From NCBI RefSeq assembly GCF_009914755.1, contig NC_060935.1: a stretch of 64,000 nucleotides of DNA; one strand, 5' to 3'. Of this stretch, positions 1 through 12,240 are shown in pieces. Below the pieces are notes generated by a model. That model had not been told where the DNA came from and did no database searches. It saw nothing but the letters and a program-made list of their open reading frames with translations. This stretch comes from the human T2T-CHM13v2.0 reference genome, Homo sapiens. Both the position numbers and the translations under genes were made by a program. Every line of letters begins with the position of its first letter. Positions within the stretch are counted from its first letter, which is position 1.

Positions 1-2115
1 ATGAAAAGAAGCCCAAGACAGAAGTTATGAAGAAGAGGCAGAACCATCCCAGAATGTCCCTTGCTCAGAAGAAAGATTGGGTAGCTCGAAAGAAGGCAAG
101 CTTCCTCAGAGCTCAGGAGCAGGATGCTGAAAGCTAAACCAAACAATTTTCTATGAGGATTTTTCAGATAAAGACAATAAACTTATGAACAGCAACTAAA
201 AAAAATTAAGAAATAAATAAAATTCAAATAATCACTGTGACCTAATTCTTCCTTATTATAATCTATTCACACTGTCCTCCATTAAGACCCCCTACCCCCT
301 CAAAAACTAAATGCTTTAACTTATTTTCTACCTCATACCAGTATTTTCAGCATATACATTCTCCACTAGAATCCTTGAATGTTCTTCCTATGATTCATTA
401 AACATCTGGTTCTTTCAGATACTTTAGGTCTCAATACAGATGTCACCTTCTCAAGAAGGGCTTCCCATCTTAAAATAAAAGTTGAAGAAAAAGAAATTAA
501 AACTAAAAAGAAACTGCTAAAATTAAAAAAGACCTTCCCATAACATACCATGTGAAAATATTCTCCCAAGTTGTCATAATGTATCTTCATATTTAATTTC
601 CTTATTTATTATTGAAATGTGCAATAATCTTGTTTCTACATTTCTTTACCAGATTTTTGTATGTTTCCTTTCATTGGAATAGTAGGTCCATAAAACAAGG
701 GATAACTAGTTTATGTGAAGTTTGCACGTTACCAGAGTAAGAATTCAATAAACAGGTGGTAAATAAATAAATAAGAAGATTATTTTGAAAAACAAGAAAA
801 AGTGTGATGTTTGGTTTGAGAATCAAACTGAGATCGGATATTAACAATGTTAGGAATTATTTTGGTTCATTTCATTCTTTTTTCACACTGCAGGATAGTT
901 TTCTATTTTTCTTTTCATTGTATCTTTTTTTTTACAAGGAGACAAAATTTAAACAACGCTGGGATTTTAAAATTCAGGCATTTTAAATGATATAGTGTTA
1001 ACTCTCTGTAACTTAACTCCACATTTTTAAATAAGTGACTATGACAGGATTTCTTTGGGCCAGGTGTCCACAACAGGGGAACTATAAATTGTAGCAGAGA
1101 CTCCAGTTGGCTTAGTTAGGGGTAGAAGATTATCCTAAATATAAAGAACTCAAGGGAAATATTTAGCCATATTAAAATAGCATTTAAATTCTATGTCAAA
1201 TATGAGCATTGTAGTTATCACAGAAAGTCTATAAAATAACAATATTTACTCATTACAGTGATAAAAATATAAAAATATAAAAAAGATGAATAAAAATCAA
1301 CTGAAAGAGCAGATATACTTTATAAGTGGTAAAAATAATATCTAATTATATAAATAAAAATTGTGATTAAACATAAAATACAAAGTGAAAACTATGAGGA
1401 GCTGTAAAAACTTGTGAAACAGAACCAACAAAAAGACATGAGAAAGAAGGAACAGAAAGTAGTATCCAGTAAAGCATAATGCCAAGAAATTACAAAACTA
1501 ATACAATTTTCACCAATATTATACATTGAAAGCTAAAAAAAATTGTCACCTGAAAAATAAATGTGAGGGCATATCTCCATGTATTTTAGTCAGAGTTAAT
1601 TTAAAAAAGAGAGAAAAAGCAAACAGACATGGATGGTAAAATGTATGAGTTAAATGTGCATAATACACATTATACAAGGATGAAATGAATAAAGAAAATG
1701 GGTTAGGATAGTACCTAGAATCACCCATTCCTAAGAAAAAGCAAGAAGTCTCAAATTTAGAAATTGGATTATTTGCAGACATAAAATGACCTCAAGCCTT
1801 TCTCATGCCTAATGCAAATGATATAAAATATTAATTGTGGCTTCAAATGTTTGCAAACTAAGAATGTACTCATAATTCAATAAGACTGTGAGGAAGTAAA
1901 TCCTCAAAATGTTTCATGATGCTGGATCATCTATTTAATTTACTATACGTTTCCATACTTGATCTTTCTGTCTCTGAAATAATTACCAAGTTTACTTATT
2001 AGACCTAGAAGCTTGAGTTTAATAACTGAGTTAGAGTAATAAACAATTCAAAGAAATGTTATCAGGGAATTGTCCTAGCCATATAAGGGCAGTCCTGCAA
2101 ATAATTCTTTAAAGT

Positions 2116-2142
2116 TTTTAACCTCTCTTTTCCCCCAAACAG
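2116..2142 (+). promoter_or_regulatory. 3' splice site of the intron preceding the OR8J1 coding exon
   Basis: Branch-like TTTAAC, pyrimidine tract CTCTCTTTTCCCCC and CAG at 2140-2142, 20 nt before the ATG. This is typical OR architecture. Confidence 0.7.
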
Positions 2143-2162
2143 ATGAATTTCCAAACTCTGAC

Positions 2163-3113
2163 ATGGCTCCTGAAAATTTCACCAGAGTCACTGAGTTTAT
2201 TCTTACAGGTGTCTCTAGCTGTCCAGAGCTCCAGATTCCCCTCTTCCTGGTCTTTCTGGTGCTCTATGGGCTGACCATGGCAGGGAACCTGGGCATCATC
2301 ACCCTCACCAGTGTTGACTCTCGACTTCAAACCCCCATGTACTTTTTCCTGCAACATCTGGCTCTCATTAATCTTGGTAACTCTACTGTCATTGCCCCTA
2401 AAATGCTGATTAACTTTTTAGTAAAGAAGAAAACTACCTCATTCTATGAATGTGCCACCCAACTGGGAGGGTTCTTGTTCTTTATTGTATCGGAGGTAAT
2501 CATGCTGGCTTTGATGGCCTATGACCGCTATGTGGCTATTTGTAACCCTCTGCTGTACATGGTGGTGGTGTCTCGGCGGCTCTGCCTCCTGCTGGTCTCC
2601 CTCACATACCTCTATGGCTTTTCTACAGCTATTGTGGTTTCATCTTATGTATTCTCTGTGTCTTATTGCTCTTCTAATATAATCAATCATTTTTACTGTG
2701 ATAATGTTCCTCTGTTAGCATTATCTTGCTCTGATACTTACTTACCAGAAACAGTTGTCTTTATATCTGCAGCAACAAATGTGGTTGGTTCCTTGATTAT
2801 AGTTCTAGTATCTTATTTCAATATTGTTTTGTCTATTTTAAAAATATGTTCATCAGAAGGAAGGAAAAAAGCCTTTTCTACCTGTGCTTCACATATGATG
2901 GCAGTCACAATTTTTTATGGGACATTGCTATTCATGTATGTGCAGCCCCGAAGTAACCATTCACTGGATACTGATGATAAGATGGCTTCTGTGTTTTACA
3001 CGTTGGTAATTCCTTTGCTGAATCCCTTGATCTACAGCCTGAGGAATAAGGATGTGAAGACTGCTCTACAGAGATTCATGACAAATCTGTGCTATTCCTT
3101 TAAAACAATGTAA
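2163..3113 (+). CDS. OR8J1: Olfactory receptor family 8 subfamily J, intact, 316 aa
   Basis: Uninterrupted 7TM ORF with N-glycosylation site NFT and motifs [38 protein letters not shown] and [10 protein letters not shown]. The N-terminus MAPENFTRVTEFILTGVSSCPELQ is recognised. Confidence 0.95.
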   Translation: MAPENFTRVTEFILTGVSSCPELQIPLFLVFLVLYGLTMAGNLGIITLTSVDSRLQTPMYFFLQHLALINLGNSTVIAPKMLINFLVKKKTTSFYECATQLGGFLFFIVSEVIMLALMAYDRYVAICNPLLYMVVVSRRLCLLLVSLTYLYGFSTAIVVSSYVFSVSYCSSNIINHFYCDNVPLLALSCSDTYLPETVVFISAATNVVGSLIIVLVSYFNIVLSILKICSSEGRKKAFSTCASHMMAVTIFYGTLLFMYVQPRSNHSLDTDDKMASVFYTLVIPLLNPLIYSLRNKDVKTALQRFMTNLCYSFKTM

Positions 3114-4148
3114 TTTTAAACAGTACAGGTAAATGAGGAGAGAGTTAATATAAGCTGCCATTATGTAAAAGAAAATGTAGGAAAAAGAAAAGGTAGGTAG
3201 CCGAGTTACAGGTTCGTAAGCAATCATAAGAATTACAACAAGATACAATTTAGGGAGCTTTGAATTAAAAAATAAACTGAAACCCTTTGAGTTGTGAGGT
3301 TAAGTTAGAAAAAAAAAATGTTATTTACCAATTCTGCCTGGGATTAAGCAGGTAGACAGTTTGAAATAAAAATGGTTTCCAGCAGTTAGAAAAAAAAATT
3401 AAAAAAAGTTAAATAAGTTTGAATGAGGCAAAATATTACGATGAGAGAAGTAAAATTGACTTTCTTATTCTTTGTCTTCTTTCACTGCCCTCCAGGTATA
3501 GTTGGGTATAGTCAATCAATTCATCTTGAAAAACTGAAATTTGATTAAAAGATCCTTTTCTTCATCTAAGTTATCAAAATTAAACTAACAATCATATTTA
3601 AAATAAAATTTTCTAATGATTTCTTAATTTTGCTCTAAGAATGAAATGAATACTATCAATGAATTTATATTTTGAATGCTAACCAGAATAAGATTAAAAT
3701 AATTTTATTCCACTTAATATAATTTATACGATTTTTTAATGAGAGACAGAGTATCATATTTAATATGCTTTCAGTCTGGATTTGATTTATAAACTCCACG
3801 GATTCTGTACAAATGTCCCTTTCTCCTTACTCTAAGTATTATTCTTCTTTAGTGTACAAAATGAATGCCTTGTGTTATGATATTATTATACATTGAGTGA
3901 AACATATTAATGAAAGTTTCTTACATAATTGGAAATAAAAAATTCATTTTATAAAAATTTTTTTCTGCTTTCTGATAACTCTTGTTCACTGAGCGTACAT
4001 TTAAATTTCTTGCACAGCTTTGCATATGAGGGGACACAGCTAAATTTCAGAATTATCAAATCAGAATCATAAGATAAAGGTCAATAAATTTATATGTTAA
4101 TAAGCTTCATGGGGAATTTTTGACATAGAACCCTTAAGAATGAATCTT

Positions 4149-4446
4149 GGGGCAGTGGCTCATGCCTGTAATCACAGCACTTTGGGAGCCTAGGCAGGCA
4201 GATCATTTGAGGTCAGGCATTTGAGAACAGCCTGACCAACATGATGAAACCTCATCTCTACAAAAAATACAAAATTAGCAAGGTACGGTGGTACATTCCT
4301 GTAATCTCAGCTACTCAGGAGGCTGAGTCAGGAGAATTGCTGGAACACGGGAGGTGAAATTTGCAGTGAGCCAAGATCTTGCCACTGCACTCCATCCTGG
4401 GAGACAGAGCAAGACACTGTATTAAAAAAAAAAAAGAAAAAAGAAA
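4149..4446 (+). mobile_element. AluS (Sp/Sq-like)
   Basis: Dimeric Alu with A tail. TSD AAGAATGAAT on both sides. Confidence 0.9.
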
Positions 4447-4589
4447 AGAATGAATATACATATACTGGACAAGATATATTACATTCTGTGTGTATGTTCA
4501 CCTTATTTATAAGGGTGTTTCAGTGTAGAAGAGTTTCTTCAATTATAGGGAGTAAATCTTAAGTCATGATAATTATGATACATCAAAAG

Positions 4590-5900
4590 AAATGTAGGAG
4601 AGTGGAGCTAGATGTTTGAATAGGATTCTCCAGGGATCACTCCCCAGAGAACCATCAATTTGAACAAATATCCATGCACAAAAATATCTTCACAAGAGCT
4701 AAGGAAACCAGGTGGAGTTTGCAGCACCTGATTAGAGCATAGTAATAAGAAAAGCTGCATTGAGGAGAGTAAGAAGAGCAACTTTACATCACCCACATCA
4801 CCTCTCCTCCAAACCCAGGAAACACATCATAGACAGACACACCATTTGCTTTGTAAAAAGAAAATAAAATGAGCATAGGATATGTTTTGGTCCCCAACAC
4901 TGGGACTACTATAGTAAAATCTAGCACCTGGCAGCCCCTCATGGCCCCTGAATCTGGGCTGGTAACTCCTGACGGAGGTCAGAGCCTCCTGCAGACTGAG
5001 TCTCCTGGCCTGCCCTGGTGCCAGGCACGAACCTATAGGCACGGCAAAATGTACCTGATTTCTTGCCTTACTGATGGCTGACTACATTGGTCTTGGGCTC
5101 TGGGCAAATCAGGCCTTAGTGGCAGTAGACTTTGAGTATACTCCAGTGCTGCACCAGCCTCAACAGTCACCAGGATTCCAGCCCCAAGATGCACTGACCA
5201 CAGCAGTCTTGGGTTTAGGGTACCACCTAGCACTGCAACAGCTGCCGTGGTCACAGGATTAAGGACAATGCCACCCAACCTGCCCAAAAATTATAAGCAA
5301 GCTTACAGTTTAAGAGTGTTCCCAGAAAAGAATTTCCCAGACTGTGAAGACCAAAATAAATAATAAAATGCCTCCCATCAAAACAAAGCCCAGGACCCGA
5401 TGTCTTCACTGCCTAATTTTACCAAACATTAAAAAGCAAACTAATAGCAATTCTGAAACTCTTCCAAAAGTTTAAAGATGAGGGAATATTTCCAAACTTA
5501 TTTTACAAGGCCAGCATTATTACCCTGATATCAAAACCAGAAAAAAAAAAACACAAGAAAAAAAGGAAACTACAGGACACTATCCTTGAGAAACATACAT
5601 GCAAAAATTCTCAACAAAATACTAGCAGACTGAATTCAATAGCATACTAAAAAGATAATTTACTATGATCAGTGGAATTATTCCAGGAATGCAAAGATGG
5701 TTCAACATATGCAACTCAATAAATGTGATACATCACATTACCAGAGAGAAGAATGAAATCATATGATCGATTCAACATAAACAGAAAACACATCTGACAA
5801 AATTCAATATCCTTTCATGATAAAACTCTAAACATATTAGTATAAAAGAAATGTAACTGAACACAATAAGACTAATACATGGTGAGTCCACAGCTACTAT
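4590..5900 (+). mobile_element. Old L1M fragment: 5'UTR piece joined directly to an ORF2 piece
   Basis: L1M 5'UTR-like sequence to ~5365, then degenerate ORF2 (LPSKQSPGPD.FT..FYQT; GMQRWFNI). Confidence 0.7.
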
Positions 5901-5914
5901 CAAATGCCTAGCAA

Positions 5915-6195
5915 ATACTAGATCTTATTCATTCTTTCTATTTTTTGTACCCATTAACTATCCTCACTTCCCCCCTTATCCCCCTACTACCCTTCCCAGT
6001 CTTTAGTAATCATCCTTCTATTCTCTGTCTCCAGGAGTTCAATTATTTTCATTTTTAGCTCCCATAATTAAGTGAGTACATGCAAAGTTTGTTTTTCTGT
6101 GCCTGGCTTATTTCCCTTAGCATAGTGATCTCCAATTCCATTCATGTTGTTGCAAATGACAGGACCTCATTACTTTTTACAGAGAGACAGTACTT
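5915..6195 (-). mobile_element. L1MA 3' end fragment
   Basis: TTTGTACCCATTAAC...GTGAGTACATGC...TTCATGTTGTTGCAAATGACAGG, typical of L1MA 3'UTR and ORF2 end in antisense. Confidence 0.75.
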
Positions 6196-6570
6196 CCTTC
6201 ATTAAATACAATAACTATCAATTTAAAAAATTATCATTTAACCTAATGTGATGATAAATTAATGAAATATCATTCTTATGTGTTCATGTAACCACATTGG
6301 ACATTTCTAGGGAAGGAGAAAAATTATCCTTTGAAATAAATTTACAAAAAAATGTTTGGACCTCTGCACAAGGTGTGTACCTGGTGCTATGAAGAATGTC
6401 TCAGAAAATGCTTGATTTTATTTAGACCCTGAAGTAAAGAGTGAATGTTAAACCACTCTTTGTGTAATGATAAAGTTGTATCTATGTTCCTTTCAAACAA
6501 TTTGTGTTGAAGAAACTAACAGTACAATGAGTATAACTTTTTTGGGAAGAAATTTCTGAATATCTTTCTT

Positions 6571-6878
<308 letters not shown>

Positions 6879-7149
6879 TAATCTTTAGAAGTTTCTTCAT
6901 AAAAGCATTGAGTAGATATTTTCCAATCCTGTCTGTTTTATGCTTCCTCTCTCTTGTGAATCAGGGTACATGGGTTCCATCTATTACTTTCCTTTATTGC
7001 TCTCCTTAAAAAAACATGTAAAAAATAACAAGATAATGCCTACAGCAATGAAATCATACACTGTGAATTTACCATAATATCTGTGAATATTTAAACACCA
7101 CTATTACTTTTTTAAATAGAAAAAGGTGGTTGTGTAAAATAATTATTTA

Positions 7150-9125
7150 TTAAAGGAAATGAGAAGACTTGCTTGAAAGGAGGGATGAAAGGGTGTAGTT
7201 ACATAGGTAAGACACATGGAATTATTTCCTGTAGTCAAACTATTCAGTATGATATAATACCGTAATGGTAGATAAATGACACCATCCCTTTTTCAAATAC
7301 TCATAGAGGTATACAGAACAGAGAGTAAATGTTAATGAAAGATAATTTAAAAATAAATCATTTAGTAGGTCTGAGGAACCTGAAAAGGAGTGCAGAATGT
7401 GGCAAAACAATACATTGTATTAAAAATGCACAAAACATGCCAGGCATGGTGGCTCATGTCTGTAATCCCAGCGGAGGTGGACATATCATTTGAGGCCAGG
7501 AGTTCGAGTCCAGCCTGGTCAACATGGCAAAACCCCCTCTATCCTAACAATACAAAAATTAGCTGGGAGTGGTGGCCTATGCCTATAATACCAGCTACTC
7601 AGGTGGTTGAAGCAGGAGAATCACTTGAACCCAGGAGGCAGAGGTTGCAGTGAGCCAAGTTTGTGCCACTGCACTCCAGCCGGCAAGACAGAGTGAGACC
7701 CTGTCTCACACACACACACATACACACACACACACTCACACAAATCATGAAACAATTTCCCTGGAAGAGATGGGGTAAATGTGCTGATGTAAGTAACATC
7801 TAAAAGAGTGTGAAAATTAAAGGCAGAATGAACTAATGAACGATACATTACACTGTAATTATAAAGTTGTGTCTCATAGGGATATGTTTTAACAATTCTG
7901 AAACAAGTATGATTGTATACTAGAAATGAACAGTTAAATAAATGGATGGCATATGGTTGTTCCCACATTTCACATTATTGGAGTAGAAGGTTATAGATTA
8001 GCAAGGAGAGTATTCTAGAGTGATCCATGTGATCAGGGATTAGTGTTAACGATGAAATGAACTTATAATCAACTTAATATAAACACTAGATAGAAATAGT
8101 TATGGATATGTATATACAACATATATGAGTGAGTATCCACAGTTCTACCTCCTTGATCTGTCAGCTGAGAAGGCCTAAAGGTATGTGAACAATTCAGTGC
8201 AGCAAACAGACTTAGAACCCAAATAACAGTTTCTAATAACAATATTCCAAAAAAGGAGCCAGAGCTCCTTTGAGACTTGACTAGGAAAGGGTGGGACATT
8301 TACGTAATGAATCCAGAGCATATTATAGTTCCAGAGGTTAAGGAAGCACTGAACGAACGTGAGAGAGAGAAAGGTAGGGAAGAAGGAAGGAAAGAAGAAA
8401 GCAAAAGAGAAACACGATGATAGAGCTATGTCAAAATAACACAGGAGCAAAGTGAAAGGGTTTCCAATGAATAAAGCCAGAATAATTGGTGCAACAAAAA
8501 TAAATAATGTAGAATATCAGAATTGAATTATTATCCAAAGTATAAAATAATTGTTATAACATATTGGTAGAAATAAATGATTGAACAAATTATAAATGGA
8601 AGAAAAGAGACAAATGTCCCCTACAAAATTCTCACTAATTTATGTAGCTATTCTGCCCTCAAGGAGGTGAAGCATAATTCCCCATTCTGTAAGTGTAAGT
8701 TGCACCTACTGACTTCCTTCTGAAAAGTTAATATGAAAAGGAGAGAAGAGTAACTTTTCAGTGGAGAAACCTGACAGGCACTATTTCAGCCAGATGATCA
8801 AGGTTAACATGAGCAGTGATAAGTCATACTGATAGTATGTACCTTCATTATGATATGATTAGAATGTCAATTACAGTTATGATTTTCCTCCCCAATAACC
8901 AATTACCCCAGTCTAATCATGAGAAAAATATCAGAAAAAGCCTAATTGAGGGACATTTCAGAAAACACTTAACCACTATCACAGTCATAAAAATAGGAAG
9001 TCAAGAGGGCATAAGAAAACATAATGGCAAAATTCAATATTCTATCCTGGATAGATGCTGGAACATAAAATGAACATTGGGCAAAAACTAAAGAAAGCTG
9101 AATAAAGTGTGAACTTTATTAAAAA
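7150..9125 (+). mobile_element. L1MC-type 3'UTR, interrupted by an Alu
   Basis: GGAGAAACCTGACAGGCACTATTTCAGCCAGATGATCAAGGTTAACAT and neighbouring segments resemble an L1MC4-type 3'UTR. Confidence 0.6.
7439..7742 (+). mobile_element. AluS with short left-arm deletion and (CA)n tail
   Basis: Alu body lacks ACTTTGGGAGGCCGAG. The tail is replaced by a CA microsatellite at 7706-7742. Confidence 0.9.
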
Positions 9126-9149
9126 CAACAAGAATGCCTGACATTCATC

Positions 9150-10300
9150 AACATCACTCTGTTAGCTAAGACTTACTGTGGCCCATCTCCCTCCTTTTCC
9201 ATACGAATAAATGGAATTTTATTTTAAAAATGAAAATCTGAATAACACAGTTTATGTTGCTAAGTCTAGTATGTTTTTCCCCACAAAAACCTCAGGCCTC
9301 TTTATTCTTGGGGAAGAAAGACAGATGAACATATTGTGTCATCAGCAACCATGGGCTTGACTCCTGATAGAACCACTGAGTTTTTAGAAATCAAGGTATA
9401 GATACAAGGTGTGCTGGTTGCTACTAAGGTGTCACTCTTTTTAGTTACTTTCAGCAAATTTAGATAGGAATTATAAGCATGGATAACAAACCATTTAAAT
9501 ACACAAAAAGGGTGGGTGTGGTTGCTCTCTTCTTAACCCCAGCAATTTGGGAGGCTGAGGCAGGAGGATCACTTGAGCCCTGGTGTTCAAGATCGGCCTG
9601 GACAACATAGAGAGACCCCATCTTTGCGAAAATTAAAAAATTAGCCAGATGTGGTGGTGGACACCTGTAGTCCCAGGTACTCGGAGGCTGAGGTGGGAGA
9701 ATCATTGAACCCAGCTACTCGGAGGCTGAGGTGGGAGGATTACTTGAACCCAGGCGTTGCTGGTTGCAGTGAGCTGTAATCACACCAGTGCACTCCAGCC
9801 TGGGTGACAGATTAAGACCCTGTTTTTTATAAAACAAATCATCTATCTATCTATCAATCTATCTATCTTCTATCTACACACACATACACATATACACACA
9901 TATATATTAGATATTTTATATCTATCTCTCTGCCTACCTACCTACTTCACTATTATATCTATCTAGATAAGCTTAAGCACATAGTGATGACACAGCTTTT
10001 AATCTAGCATCACAGTGTTCATTCTAGTCATCTCCACTGATCATTTTCAACTTCTTTTTCTGAGAGTGGAATACACAGCTTCTTAGCTCTAATCTAATTG
10101 TTTATTTATCTGATCAAGCTTAGTATAAATAGCTTTAGAAATGTCAGCCAATGCTCATCTCCATAGAATTCAGATACATTTCAAAAAGCTGTCTGAAGCT
10201 GACAATATAATCTACACTCCCACCAAGTTTAGTAATTTTCTAACATTAATTCTCCAAGATGCATCCATAAATTCTGCTTTGCCAATAAAATCTTTATCAC
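9150..10300 (-). mobile_element. L1MC/MD-type 3'UTR fragment (antisense), interrupted by AluJ
   Basis: TTTAGAAATCAAGGTATAGATACAAGGTGTGCTGGTTGCTACT is an antisense homologue of the segment at ~8150-8240. Confidence 0.5.
9510..9835 (+). mobile_element. AluJ with internal 38-bp tandem duplication, followed by (TCTA)n/(CA)n
   Basis: Alu consensus. CCCAGSTACTCGGAGGCTGAGGTGGGAG occurs at both 9672 and 9710. Confidence 0.9.
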
Positions 10301-11328
10301 TAATACTGCCCTTTGACCATGAATGAATCTCCCCCTAAAACATTTAGAACCATGTAAACTTCAAATGTAGGGCCATATTGTTGACTTCAGTATCACTAAA
10401 AAAAAAACCCAAGTTCACTACGGTTCTTCTGTCAATTATAAATCCTCCACTGGAAAAAATAAATTGTCAGCTGGAAAAATTTAAGATCTAGAAAGCTCAT
10501 ATTTCTTAGATAAATGTTTATTCTTCTTAGATTAGAAAGATATATTTTATCTTTAATAATTTTCCTAGAGGAAAATTAGATAGTGAGAGTCATTTTGTGT
10601 GCCTGAGCTAAAATACAATTTCCTCAATTATTGAAATTACATTTCAATGACAGACTTGAGACTCTAGAAATTGCATATTTATTAGTAATTTCATGATTTT
10701 TCTTAACTATGAAAAAGTCTCTACACCATTTAATGTTTTTTCCTTTGTTTACATTGGCTCTACCTAAAGTTCTCACATAATAATTTCCCACAACTCAGGA
10801 GAAAAGGTGAGATTAATAACAATGTCCCAGTAGAGTCTTCTTTGAGGACATCAGATGAAAAGTACACCTTATTTTAAACTCTCTAGGGCCTTAAAATGAG
10901 GATTAAAACAAACAAATAAACCTCCCAATCTCCACCTACACAAGTCAAAGTGGAAAAAACAATGTTGAGAAAACACAAACTTTTCATTAGAGGAGTGGAG
11001 AGAACACTGGACTTTGCTTCCAAGGATTAATGAGAACTACACTGTGGTGATGAGGGTACATTAGGCAGACCCATCTTCCACTTCTATCAATCAGTGGCAC
11101 AGATGTAAGCACAGGTATCTCTGTTTGATTGCTTATTTTTTGTTTGATTGCTCATTGCAAGAGTCAAATCTGTTACAGTCAATGGAAAAATATCCCATAC
11201 TATAGAAAAATTATGTATAATTTCAGCATTTTGATGAATAAAAAAAACCTAGGGTTTCACCTTTTCAAAAATAAAAATGTAATCGACAAAACAGAGGAAA
11301 CAATTGAAACTACAAAAATGTTATTTAG

Positions 11329-11612
11329 GGCTAGGTGCTGTGGATCACGCCTGTAATCCCAGCACTTTGGGAGGCTGAGGTGGACAGATCACTTGAGGTC
11401 AGGGGTTCGAGACCATACTGGCCCACATAGTGAAACCCCATCCCTACTAAAATTAGCTGGGCTAGGTGGCAGGTGCCTGTAATCCTAGTTACTCAGGAGG
11501 CTGGGGCAGGAGAATCACCTGAACCTGGGAGTTAGAGGTTGCGGGGAGCCAAGATCATGCCACTGGAATCCAGCCTGGATGACAGAGTGAGACTCTGTCT
11601 CAAAAAAAAAAA
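11329..11612 (+). mobile_element. AluS with shortened central A-linker
   Basis: Alu consensus and poly-A. TSD AAAAATGTTWTTTAG. Confidence 0.9.
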
Positions 11613-11989
11613 ATGTTTTTTAGTAGAAATTTCATAGATAATACAATTTGAAAATGTTTGAAAGCATGTGGCATAATGCCTGACATATAATATACCTACT
11701 GAATGAGTATTGATGTTACTGAATAATTGCAATAGTAATAATAATAATAAAGTTTAGTCTCTGATGGTAAAAGTAAATTCAGCCATCAGGATTCATCTAC
11801 TTTTGAATATTATTAAAAGTTTGAGGAATGATATTTTTAATAACTCCATTAAATATCAAGCTGTGAGTGGACACTTGTCATAGCCTTAGTTGATTTTTTG
11901 TTCCTGAATCTGTCAAAAGTGCAAAGACCATGAAAGTATCTATTTCAACAAAATGGTCACATGCTACAGAAGATGTATGTATTACAAAC

Positions 11990-12240
11990 TTTTGAAAATA
12001 TGTATTGGGTGCTTAATTTGTGCAAGATACTATTGTAGGCCCCAAAGGTACAGTAATGAACAAAACAAAGTTTCTTCTCATATGGAGTTTCTATTTGACA
12101 AGGAAGATGGATAATAAGCAAATATATAAAATAATATCAGAGAGCAAGCAGGGCTTGTGACTATGTGGAGGAGTGTTCCAAGCAGAGGGAATAGCAAGTA
12201 CTCAAATCTTAAGACTAGAACACAAAGGCCATGCACAATG
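11990..12240 (-). mobile_element. L2 3' fragment
   Basis: TATGTATTGGGTGCTTAATTTGTGCAAGATACTATTGTAGG...AATGAACAAAACAAAG, the antisense L2 3' end pattern. Confidence 0.6.
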
